From an uncultured Acidobacteriota bacterium (GTDB lineage Bacteria > Acidobacteriota > Terriglobia > Bryobacterales > Bryobacteraceae): 64,000 nt of DNA. Below, one piece after another: positions 46,824-54,040 of the stretch (its first letter is position 1; every line of letters begins with the position of its first letter). The DNA lies in NCBI GenBank assembly GCA_902826685.1, contig CADEFT010000012.1, positions 104,979-168,978 of the forward strand, in the 5' to 3' direction. A model generated the notes under the pieces. That model searched no databases. It was not told where the DNA came from and saw only the letters and a program-made list of their open reading frames with translations. The position numbers and the translations under genes were made by a program.

Positions 46824-48188
46824 TCAAAATTCCGTCGCTTTTCGAACGGCGCGATAGACGTCCAGCCGGCCATTGCCGAGATTGCCGGATACGGGAGCCG
46901 CTTCCTTGAGCCCATCCTCGGCCTTTTCCCAGTTCAAGGAGGGCTTCACCTGCAACATCAACGCGACGGTGCCGGATACCAGCGGCGCGCTAAACGACGT
47001 GCCCCAGGCGGCGGCATAGCGCCCGCCGGGGTATGCCGTAATGAGCGCCTCTCCGGGAGCGGCGAGAGTGACGAGGTTGTCGCCGTGATTGGTGAACGGG
47101 CTCTGGATGTCCGCCAGGTTTGTCGACGCCACGCCGATCACTTCCTTATAGCCGGCCGGATACACCATGGTCTCGGCGCCGTGGTTTCCGGCCGAGGCCA
47201 CGCAGATCACGCCGCGGCTTGCCACAAACTCGATCGCCCGCTGGAGTTCGGCGGAGGGCGCCTGCAAGCTGAGACTCATATTGATCACCTTGGCGCCATT
47301 CGCCTCGGCGTGGAAGATGGCGCGAAGAATGTGGAACACCGGAGCCTTGCCATCGCCGCCAAACGGTTTGAGCGGCATGATCATCGCCGTGGGAGCGGCG
47401 CGATGCACCAGGCCGGCCACCATGGTGCCGTGACCGAAATGCGGTGGCAGGCGCCGCGGATCGATGCGGCTGGCGGTGTTGCGATCGAGAATCGCGGTGG
47501 TGTAAGGGTTGGTCTCGCCCGCGGTGTCGAGAATCGCGGTGGTGTAAGGGCTGAGGATGGCTCTGGTCTCCGCATCGAGATCCTCCAGTTCCGAGGGCGC
47601 GCCGGCACGCTCGCGGATGAAGTCGTAACCGGGAACGAGCCAACGGCGCAGCAGCGGATGATTGGGATCGATTCCCGTATCGATGATGGCGACGACGCCG
47701 GATCCGGTTCCATACCTTGCGTGCGACAACGGCGTTCGAATTAACGCAAGCGCCGGTTGATTGACGTAGCCGGACCAGGCCGGATCGCCGCCGAACGTGG
47801 TGAAGCTGCGGTCGCCAAGCGCGCTGTTGACCGGCGCGGTGTTCGTGATCAACCGGCGCCCGCCGGGCGATGTCTCCGGCAACGAAACGACCACATTCAA
47901 TTCCACCAATACGTCGTCGTCGTCATCGTCGTCATCATCGTCGTCGCCGCCATGGTCGTAGTTCTTGAGCCGGCGGATCACCTCATCGGGCGGAATCCCC
48001 TCCGGCCCCTGAACCAGGTATATGTCCTGGCCCGGGATCTGCCTCAGGATCGCGAGGCCGAACCGGCTTGCCAGTTCCCGAAGGTAGGCGGCGGTGGTTC
48101 GCACGATGAACTGGTCGGCCGCAACAGCGGGCCTTCCCAGAGTAAAGACCAGTCCGATCAGAAGAAACAGTCGCGTCACGGTTGTCAT
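46824..48188 (-). CDS. Secreted subtilisin-like serine protease (peptidase S8) with I9-like propeptide
   Basis: Start at MTTVTRLFLLIGLVFTLGRPAVA (48188), with GGAGG upstream; its ATG overlaps the upstream TGA. The catalytic triad is intact: AIIDTGID (Asp), HGTMVAG (His), GTSFSAPLVSG (Ser). An 11-Asp run sits in the propeptide. Confidence 0.9.
   Translation of the reverse strand: MTTVTRLFLLIGLVFTLGRPAVAADQFIVRTTAAYLRELASRFGLAILRQIPGQDIYLVQGPEGIPPDEVIRRLKNYDHGGDDDDDDDDDDDVLVELNVVVSLPETSPGGRRLITNTAPVNSALGDRSFTTFGGDPAWSGYVNQPALALIRTPLSHARYGTGSGVVAIIDTGIDPNHPLLRRWLVPGYDFIRERAGAPSELEDLDAETRAILSPYTTAILDTAGETNPYTTAILDRNTASRIDPRRLPPHFGHGTMVAGLVHRAAPTAMIMPLKPFGGDGKAPVFHILRAIFHAEANGAKVINMSLSLQAPSAELQRAIEFVASRGVICVASAGNHGAETMVYPAGYKEVIGVASTNLADIQSPFTNHGDNLVTLAAPGEALITAYPGGRYAAAWGTSFSAPLVSGTVALMLQVKPSLNWEKAEDGLKEAAPVSGNLGNGRLDVYRAVRKATEF
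47485..47550 (-). repeat. Perfect 24-nt direct repeat (two copies, 42-nt period) inside the S8 protease gene
   Basis: tcgagaatcgcggtggtgtaaggg occurs at 47485-47508 and again at 47527-47550. It encodes PYTTAILD twice (SPYTTAILDTAGETNPYTTAILDRN). Confidence 0.9.
47913..47945 (-). repeat. Imperfect GAC/GAT trinucleotide tract encoding 11 consecutive Asp
   Basis: Reverse complement reads gac gac gat gat gac gac gat gac gac gac gac, giving DHGG-D11-VLVE in the S8 propeptide. Confidence 0.95.
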
Positions 48189-48829
48189 GATTTCCTCCCA
48201 AAACTCCGAGTTTGCCTCAGGCCGGTAACGGATCCGAGGGGAACTTCGATTTCGCGTCTTCCCGCACCATCCCTCACGCATAGACGGAGATTCGCCCGGG
48301 ATGGGGACTCCAGGTGAAACTCACCCGATTCGTTGGTAGATGTCTGCTGGATCACCTGGCGCCCGGACATCAAAAGCACTGGGAGCGCGGCCGTCCCCGC
48401 CGCTCCACGGGCCATGGAGATCTGGCCGGCGATCGCCACGGCGCGGCGGGGACCACTCCGATCGACCAGCAGTTCCACCGTGACGTCTTCGGCGCGGAAG
48501 GCAAGCCTGTGCGCGCCGCCACCGGCACTGCGAACACCCTCCAGAGCGAGGGCGGCCTCGCTGTCGGAGGTCAAGGCGGCGAGGACCTGGCGCCAGAGAG
48601 ATTCGCCGCCCTGCTGGCGCGGGACGAAGAGCCGCGCGGCGCGAGCGACGACGGCATCCGGCACGTCGACGTCGTGACGGGCCGTTTCGACAACATTTCG
48701 GAGCCGCGCCACAACGGGCGCGCAGGAGTCACACCCGCCGCCGAGGTGAGCTTCCATCTCCGACCGGTATGGCTCGGGCACTAGCCCCCTAACGAAGTCG
48801 GCCCAGCGTTCTATGGCGTAGTGGGTCAC
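48185..48829 (-). CDS. Soluble zinc-finger (zf-HC2-like) anti-sigma-like protein with C-terminal carboxypeptidase-regulatory-like beta-sandwich
   Basis: 214 aa. N-terminus WADFVRGL...EMEAHLGGGCDSCAPVV (H-x4-C-x2-C, close to the ZAS H-x3-C-x2-C motif). No hydrophobic TM segment. C-terminus AIAGQISMARG...LPVLLMSGRQVIQQTSTNESGEFHL. Confidence 0.65.
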   Translation of the reverse strand: MTHYAIERWADFVRGLVPEPYRSEMEAHLGGGCDSCAPVVARLRNVVETARHDVDVPDAVVARAARLFVPRQQGGESLWRQVLAALTSDSEAALALEGVRSAGGGAHRLAFRAEDVTVELLVDRSGPRRAVAIAGQISMARGAAGTAALPVLLMSGRQVIQQTSTNESGEFHLESPSRANLRLCVRDGAGRREIEVPLGSVTGLRQTRSFGRKS

Positions 48830-48842
48830 ATTCTTCTTCCCT

Positions 48843-51710
48843 TCATATGGGGTCGCCGGAACCGGCCGGAAATATATCCTGAAAAGTTCTTTGGGAGCGG
48901 CCGGTGACGGCGAACGGGGCCCAGTAGTAGGGGTGGGGGTACCGCTCGCGCGTTTCGAGCATCGCCTCCCGCAGGGCTTGGCAAACGCCGCGGCCGGAGC
49001 CGATCTTGCCGTAAAAGCGGCCCATGTATTCGGCCGTGCTGCGATCGTTCACTTCCCAGAGCGAGAGGTGGACGGTGTGCGCGCCCGCATGCAGCAGACC
49101 GCGCGCAAGCCCCATCACTTCGCCGGCTCCCACGGTTTCCTGCACGCCGGTCGCGCAGCCGCTTAGAGTAATCAGTTCCGCGGCGAAATCGAAGTCGTAC
49201 AAATCGAAGACGCAGAGCCGCGAGTCGCCCATGCGAATGGACGAAAACAAGGGGTTGTCCTGGCGGAAGATTCCATGTGTGGCCAGATGAATGAAGCGGC
49301 TTGTGGCGGCGGCGCGGCGAAGCGCCTCGGCCGTGGCGCTGGAGCCCGTCAGCAGGCGCGCCGGTTGAAGAAATCCCGCTACCGACTCGACTTCCCTGGC
49401 GATATCGGGCGCCCTCTCGTCGCTCACTCCAACCACGGTGGAATGGCCTGCCCAGGCGGGTTCCTTCTCCATGCAGAGCCGGTAAACCATCGCGCTGGGC
49501 GCGTATGAAACGGTCCGCCGGTCGATCACGTGGGCATCGCCATCGTGCATGGCATGGAATGGCAGCCGGTGCAGCGGCCCATGCGGAACCACCACCCAGT
49601 GCCCGTTGGGAAGCCAGGGATGGGCGGGCTCGATCAGCGCCCGGTACAGGCTTTCCAGATGCCCCCGTGTGGCGGCCAGCCAGGCCGGATCGCCGGAGGC
49701 GGGACCCGGGGAAGCGGAGAGATTCCGCGACATCTGAAAGCCGAGCAGGCGCCCGGTTCGCACCACTTCGTCAAGCGGGCCGAGCGGCACGTGGCGAATC
49801 TGAGTGGGTGTGACGACAAAGAGATGGAGCCGGCCACCGGCGGCGTAGTAATCGAGGAGGGCGGTTTCCTGGGGTAACACCGCCTGGATGCGGCTTGCTT
49901 GGGCTTCCCCCGTATCCGCGAGTGGAGCCTCGACGGCCCTTGCGGTTCGCGACGCCGTCAGCGCCGCCGCCAGCTCTTCCTCACACTGCACGATTCTTTC
50001 CCGCAAATCGCGCATCGGGCCGCTCTGCGGACTCCTCTTATCCGACTCCGCCCGGTCCAGTTGCCGGTAGTACCAGGCCAGCCGCCGGCGAACCGCCTGC
50101 AGCGCCTCCGTTTCGGCGAACCGCTCCCCCGTGGCGACGCTTCGCGCGCGGGTGCTCAACGTCATCGATTCGGCCAGGCTGCGGGACTTGGCGTGTTCAA
50201 CGTACTTCAACAGTTCCTCGACCGGAGTATGGACGGCACCGGTGACCGCCAGACGGACGAGATTCTCGTAGACAAGGTGCTTGTCCTCGAGAAATGCGAT
50301 TCTCAAGTCGCCATGGGGGATCTGGCCGCGCAGCACTTCGAGAATCCGGTGCGCTTCCCGGTAGGCGGCCGCCGCGGCATGGGGATCGCCTTCCGCCTCG
50401 GCCACCCGGCCGGAGGCGATGCAGAAGTGAAAACTCAGCGGGGCGGTTGCCGCGTTGTGAAGATAGGCGCGTGCCTGATCGCAATGCCGCCGCGCGCGGG
50501 AAGCGTCGTTGGCCAGCAACTCGATATTGGCCAGCAGGAGCGCACAGAGGATCGCTTTGCCCGGCAGCAGCGAAGCGTCCAGCGCGCGCAGGGCGCCGAG
50601 GGCGACTTCACGAGCCTTCCCGATCTGTCCCAGTTCGAGAAAAACGGCCGCGCGGTGGAAGTCGGCCGTCGCCTGCCAGGCGGAATTTTTTTCCCGGCCA
50701 AAGAGGGCGCGCGCCCGGTTGAGCACCGGCAGCACGTTGCCCGACTCGCCCGCTCGGAACGACGCCAGCCCCAGATTGACCAGCGACTTCGCCTGTTCGT
50801 AGCGCATCCCGAGTCCGGCGAACCGGCCGGCGGCGTCTCCGGCGAATCTGGCGGCCTCGGCATAGAGATTGAGTTCCAGGTAGAGATCGCTCTGGTCGAG
50901 CTTGGCGATGGCGGCGTGATAGGTGTTGCCGCGTTCCTCGACGTCGGAGCGCCGGTACAGCCCAACGGCTTGAGCGTATTCCCCGCGCAGGTAATAGAGA
51001 TTGGCGATGTTGTCGTTCACTTCCGCCATAAGAAGTGTGAGTCCCTGGTCCCGGTAGAAAAGACGGGCCTCTTGGTAGGCCTGAAGGGCGCGATCGAAGT
51101 CGTGAACGGCCGCATGACACACGGCCATGTTGCGCATGGCGATGGCGGCGGACGGGTAATCGCCGTTCTCCTTCAAGCCGGCGATCGCTCGCTGATAGAG
51201 TTCGAGCGCTTCCTCATGACGATCCCGGCGGTGGAGGATGTTTCCGATATTGCTGTCCAGACGCGCCAGGCGGAGGCTATCGCCCTCCCGTTGAAAGATC
51301 TCCCTGGCGCGCTCCGCCCATTCAAGCGCTTCCTCGTAGCGGCCGAGATAAATCAGCGTCTGGAGGGCGCTGCTCCGCGTGCGGCCGGCATCGACATGCT
51401 CGCCGAGCCGGTCCAGGATGCGGAGAGCCTTGCGGTAGGCGCCGGCCGCGCGGCGATAGTTGCCGGTCAGATACGAGACGTGGCCTCGCATCCTCAGGGC
51501 CTCGGCATAGGCACGCCGGTCGGGCAGTTGGCGGGCCACGGTGTGGGCCGCGTCGGCGTACCGCGCAGCCGTGCCGATATCCACATGCATTCGGGCGCTC
51601 ACTTCGGCGCACAGCCGGCGAGCCAGTTCCACGGTCACCGCCGAAGGAAAATCGAGGAGCAGTTGCCTGCGTGCCGCTTCGTCCTTGGCTGACACAAGTT
51701 GGGACTCCAT
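48843..51710 (-). CDS. Cytoplasmic TPR-repeat protein with C-terminal CHAT (caspase-like) protease domain
   Basis: Start at MESQLVSAKDE (51710), 2 nt after the sigma stop. The longer ORF extension overlaps the sigma gene. About 550 residues of TPR-like repeats, then a CHAT domain with candidate catalytic His (FIHLATHG) and Cys (ITLSGCATG). No signal peptide. Confidence 0.85.
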   Translation of the reverse strand: MESQLVSAKDEAARRQLLLDFPSAVTVELARRLCAEVSARMHVDIGTAARYADAAHTVARQLPDRRAYAEALRMRGHVSYLTGNYRRAAGAYRKALRILDRLGEHVDAGRTRSSALQTLIYLGRYEEALEWAERAREIFQREGDSLRLARLDSNIGNILHRRDRHEEALELYQRAIAGLKENGDYPSAAIAMRNMAVCHAAVHDFDRALQAYQEARLFYRDQGLTLLMAEVNDNIANLYYLRGEYAQAVGLYRRSDVEERGNTYHAAIAKLDQSDLYLELNLYAEAARFAGDAAGRFAGLGMRYEQAKSLVNLGLASFRAGESGNVLPVLNRARALFGREKNSAWQATADFHRAAVFLELGQIGKAREVALGALRALDASLLPGKAILCALLLANIELLANDASRARRHCDQARAYLHNAATAPLSFHFCIASGRVAEAEGDPHAAAAAYREAHRILEVLRGQIPHGDLRIAFLEDKHLVYENLVRLAVTGAVHTPVEELLKYVEHAKSRSLAESMTLSTRARSVATGERFAETEALQAVRRRLAWYYRQLDRAESDKRSPQSGPMRDLRERIVQCEEELAAALTASRTARAVEAPLADTGEAQASRIQAVLPQETALLDYYAAGGRLHLFVVTPTQIRHVPLGPLDEVVRTGRLLGFQMSRNLSASPGPASGDPAWLAATRGHLESLYRALIEPAHPWLPNGHWVVVPHGPLHRLPFHAMHDGDAHVIDRRTVSYAPSAMVYRLCMEKEPAWAGHSTVVGVSDERAPDIAREVESVAGFLQPARLLTGSSATAEALRRAAATSRFIHLATHGIFRQDNPLFSSIRMGDSRLCVFDLYDFDFAAELITLSGCATGVQETVGAGEVMGLARGLLHAGAHTVHLSLWEVNDRSTAEYMGRFYGKIGSGRGVCQALREAMLETRERYPHPYYWAPFAVTGRSQRTFQDIFPAGSGDPI

Positions 51711-51712
51711 CG

Positions 51713-52312
51713 TCACATCCCCAGATCCTGGAGTTCTTGCGCGAGCTTCTTCAGGCAGCGGGCGCGGATAAACCCGATGGAGCCGGTGGCAAGACCGAGT
51801 TCCTTCGCCACTTCCTCGTAAGGCCGGGGCGACTCCTCGAAAAACAGCATCCGGATCATTTCGCGGCACCTCGGCTGCAAGCGCGTCATGGCTTCCCGCA
51901 CCGTTTGCTGCCGCTCCAGTTCGTCGAGCCATTCCGGCAGCACCTGCAGGGCGGCCCCCCCTTGGTCCGGCTGGTCGAGGTTGGCGGCCTCGAAGCGGCC
52001 CAGCCTTTGCTTGGTGTGAAAACACTTGTTGGCGGCGACTCGGACCAGCCATCCGCGCAGCGCCTCAACGTTCCGGAGCCGATCGAGTTCCTTGAACAGA
52101 TCGACGCACACGGCCTGAAAAACGTCGGCCGCTTCGTCGGCCGGGAAGCGATACCGGAGCGGCACCGAGTAGATCAGCTTTTTGTACTTTTCGATCAGCG
52201 CTTCCCACGCCCGTTCGTCGCCCTGCAGGCAGGACGCCACCAGATCGCGATCTTCCCACGCCGGCGATGGCCCGGAGCGGTCCACGGGTACGGACTTGGC
52301 TGGCCCGCTCAT
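51713..52312 (-). CDS. ECF-type RNA polymerase sigma-70 family factor
   Basis: Start at MSGPAKS (52312); its ATG overlaps the TGA of the upstream binding-protein gene. Region 2 (AWEALIEKYKKLIYSVPLRY...DVFQAVCVDLFK...WLVRVAANKC) and region 4 (REMIRMLFFEESPRPYEEVAKELGLATGSIGFIRARCLKKL). Confidence 0.9.
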   Translation of the reverse strand: MSGPAKSVPVDRSGPSPAWEDRDLVASCLQGDERAWEALIEKYKKLIYSVPLRYRFPADEAADVFQAVCVDLFKELDRLRNVEALRGWLVRVAANKCFHTKQRLGRFEAANLDQPDQGGAALQVLPEWLDELERQQTVREAMTRLQPRCREMIRMLFFEESPRPYEEVAKELGLATGSIGFIRARCLKKLAQELQDLGM

Positions 52313-54030
52313 GGGCGGGGCGCCTGGTTGCCGGCGTGAGACCAAAAGATCTCGTCGGCATTCCACAGAACGGGGTGGCCGATGGCGCCCGGCCGCAGAT
52401 TCCCCAAGGCCTCGCGCGCCGCCACCAGGACGTTCGGGCTGGCGAGGGGGATGAAAGGCAGTTGGCCGGCGAGGATTCGCTGCACCTGGTCGAAGTCGCT
52501 CTTGCGTTGCGCGGCGCCGGTCGTGCCGATCTGACGCCTCATCAGGCCGTCGATTTCGCCTTCCCAGGCGAAAACGGGCTTGCCGCTCATGTTCCACAAC
52601 CGCGTGCTTCCCGCCGACATCAGCACGTTCATGTCGGCCACCGGATCCGCTTCGCCGGGCCGCAGCGCCATGACCGCGGCGTCGAAGTCCCTCCGGTTGG
52701 TCACTCGATCCACCAGGCTCCGGAACTCCAGCGGAACCACTTGAACCTTGATGCCGAGCGGCTTCAAATCCTCCTCGATGATGGCCGCCGTCTGTGTATA
52801 GACGGGATTAGCGGCGTTGGCGACGATCGTGAATTCGACGGCCACCGCGTTCTCGTCGACCAGGAGGCCGCGCGAATCCCAGCGGAAACCGGCGCGGCGG
52901 AGCAGCTCGCGAGACCGGCTGGCCGATCCCGGCGGTCTGGGCAGCGATTCATCCATCCAGTGCCCCCGGGCCGGCGTTACGTGTCCCCACAGCGGAGTCG
53001 CCCGTCCCCGGTAGACCAGCTTCACGATGGCCTGCCGGTCGATGGCCGCTGAAATCGCCTGCCGGAACGCCTGCCGCTGAAACCATTTCCGTGGCGCCGC
53101 CGCGGTTTCGGGCGCCGGATTGAGATTGAAAAGCAGGAAGGTATAGTCGAGCCCGGCACCGAGGTCGAGAACCCGATGCTTCATCCGCTCCCCCGCGCGG
53201 GTCAGGACTGAATAGCTGCCCGGGCCGAAGCCCGCAACCAGATCGGCTTCGCCGGCGGTGAAGCGGGCGGTCATCGCGTCCTCGTTGGCCGCGAAGACGA
53301 ACTCCACTTCGTCCAGGTAAGGCAGCGGGCGGCCCGCGGGATCCCTTTTCGAGTAGTGCGGGTTGCGCTCCAGCACGATCCGCTCACCCGGTTGAATCGA
53401 TTTCAAACGAAAAGGGCCCGCGCCGGCGATCCCGGCACTGGCCGTTCCGAGGCCCCAGGTGGCGGCGAGCCTGCCTCCGCGATAGGCTTCGGCGAGGTGT
53501 TTCGCGGGAAGAATCGAGATCCCGGCCAGCATCTTCTCGCCCAGCGCGTACGGCTCGGCTAGCGTGAATCGCAACTCATCCGGCCCGGCAAGGGCCACCT
53601 GAACCGGTTGTCCACCCACGGTGAGAAGTTCCCGTTGAGGCGACGCGGTCTTGGGGTTGATATGAACGTCGAACGTAAACAGAACGTCGCCGGCGGTCAA
53701 TGGACTGCCGTCTGAAAATTTCAGACCCCTTCGCAGCCGCACCGTGATCTCACGGCCATCGGTACTGGTCTTCCACGATTCGGCCAGAACACCTTCGGTG
53801 GCGAGAGACTTCGGGTTGAGGCGGACCAGCGGAGCGCCCATCAGCCCGGTGACGGCGCGCGAGGGCTCATCTATGGCAAAGACTGGATTGAGCGTCTTGG
53901 GCTCGGAACGCTGCGCGACGACCAAGCGTCCGCCGGAGGTGGCGGGAACCGGTTGCGACGCGGCTGCAACGAAAACAACGGTGAGGAAAACAGCAGGGGT
54001 GGTACGGGCTGGAAGGCCAAAAAAATTCAT
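52309..54030 (-). CDS. ABC transporter substrate-binding protein, family 5 (peptide/nickel type)
   Basis: 573 aa. Signal peptide. Motifs RLVVAQRSEPKTLNPV, LKFSDGSPLTAGDV and ERNPHY, typical of SBP_bac_5. Confidence 0.85.
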   Translation of the reverse strand: MNFFGLPARTTPAVFLTVVFVAAASQPVPATSGGRLVVAQRSEPKTLNPVFAIDEPSRAVTGLMGAPLVRLNPKSLATEGVLAESWKTSTDGREITVRLRRGLKFSDGSPLTAGDVLFTFDVHINPKTASPQRELLTVGGQPVQVALAGPDELRFTLAEPYALGEKMLAGISILPAKHLAEAYRGGRLAATWGLGTASAGIAGAGPFRLKSIQPGERIVLERNPHYSKRDPAGRPLPYLDEVEFVFAANEDAMTARFTAGEADLVAGFGPGSYSVLTRAGERMKHRVLDLGAGLDYTFLLFNLNPAPETAAAPRKWFQRQAFRQAISAAIDRQAIVKLVYRGRATPLWGHVTPARGHWMDESLPRPPGSASRSRELLRRAGFRWDSRGLLVDENAVAVEFTIVANAANPVYTQTAAIIEEDLKPLGIKVQVVPLEFRSLVDRVTNRRDFDAAVMALRPGEADPVADMNVLMSAGSTRLWNMSGKPVFAWEGEIDGLMRRQIGTTGAAQRKSDFDQVQRILAGQLPFIPLASPNVLVAAREALGNLRPGAIGHPVLWNADEIFWSHAGNQAPRP

Positions 54031-54040
54031 CTGGCGGAAC

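Noticed and set aside
47880-47950. Short-period repeat considered as a CRISPR-like or regulatory repeat
   Set aside because: It is an in-frame codon tract (GAC/GAT) inside the S8 coding sequence, with no spacer-repeat organisation.
49899-51692. 597-aa plus-strand ORF inside the CHAT/TPR gene, plus several 100-170-aa ORFs there
   Set aside because: They are antisense to a protein with a clear TPR periodicity and a CHAT His/Cys dyad. Their composition is Arg/Gly/Pro-rich.
48843-51710. CHAT protease as part of a type III CRISPR (Craspase/Csx29-like) or CBASS-type defence locus
   Set aside because: No cas genes, CRISPR repeats, cyclases or other hallmark defence genes occur anywhere in the 64 kb. 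The immediate partners are a sigma factor and an anti-sigma-like protein.
51713-52597. Long N-terminal extensions of several ORFs: sigma from 52597, CHAT from 52052, 6216, 6899, 8227, 37056, 25003, 46772, 48281 and 62131
   Set aside because: The extensions overlap the preceding gene or are R/P-rich. Internal starts give proper signal peptides, Shine-Dalgarno-like purine runs, or ATGA/TGATG coupling with the upstream stop.
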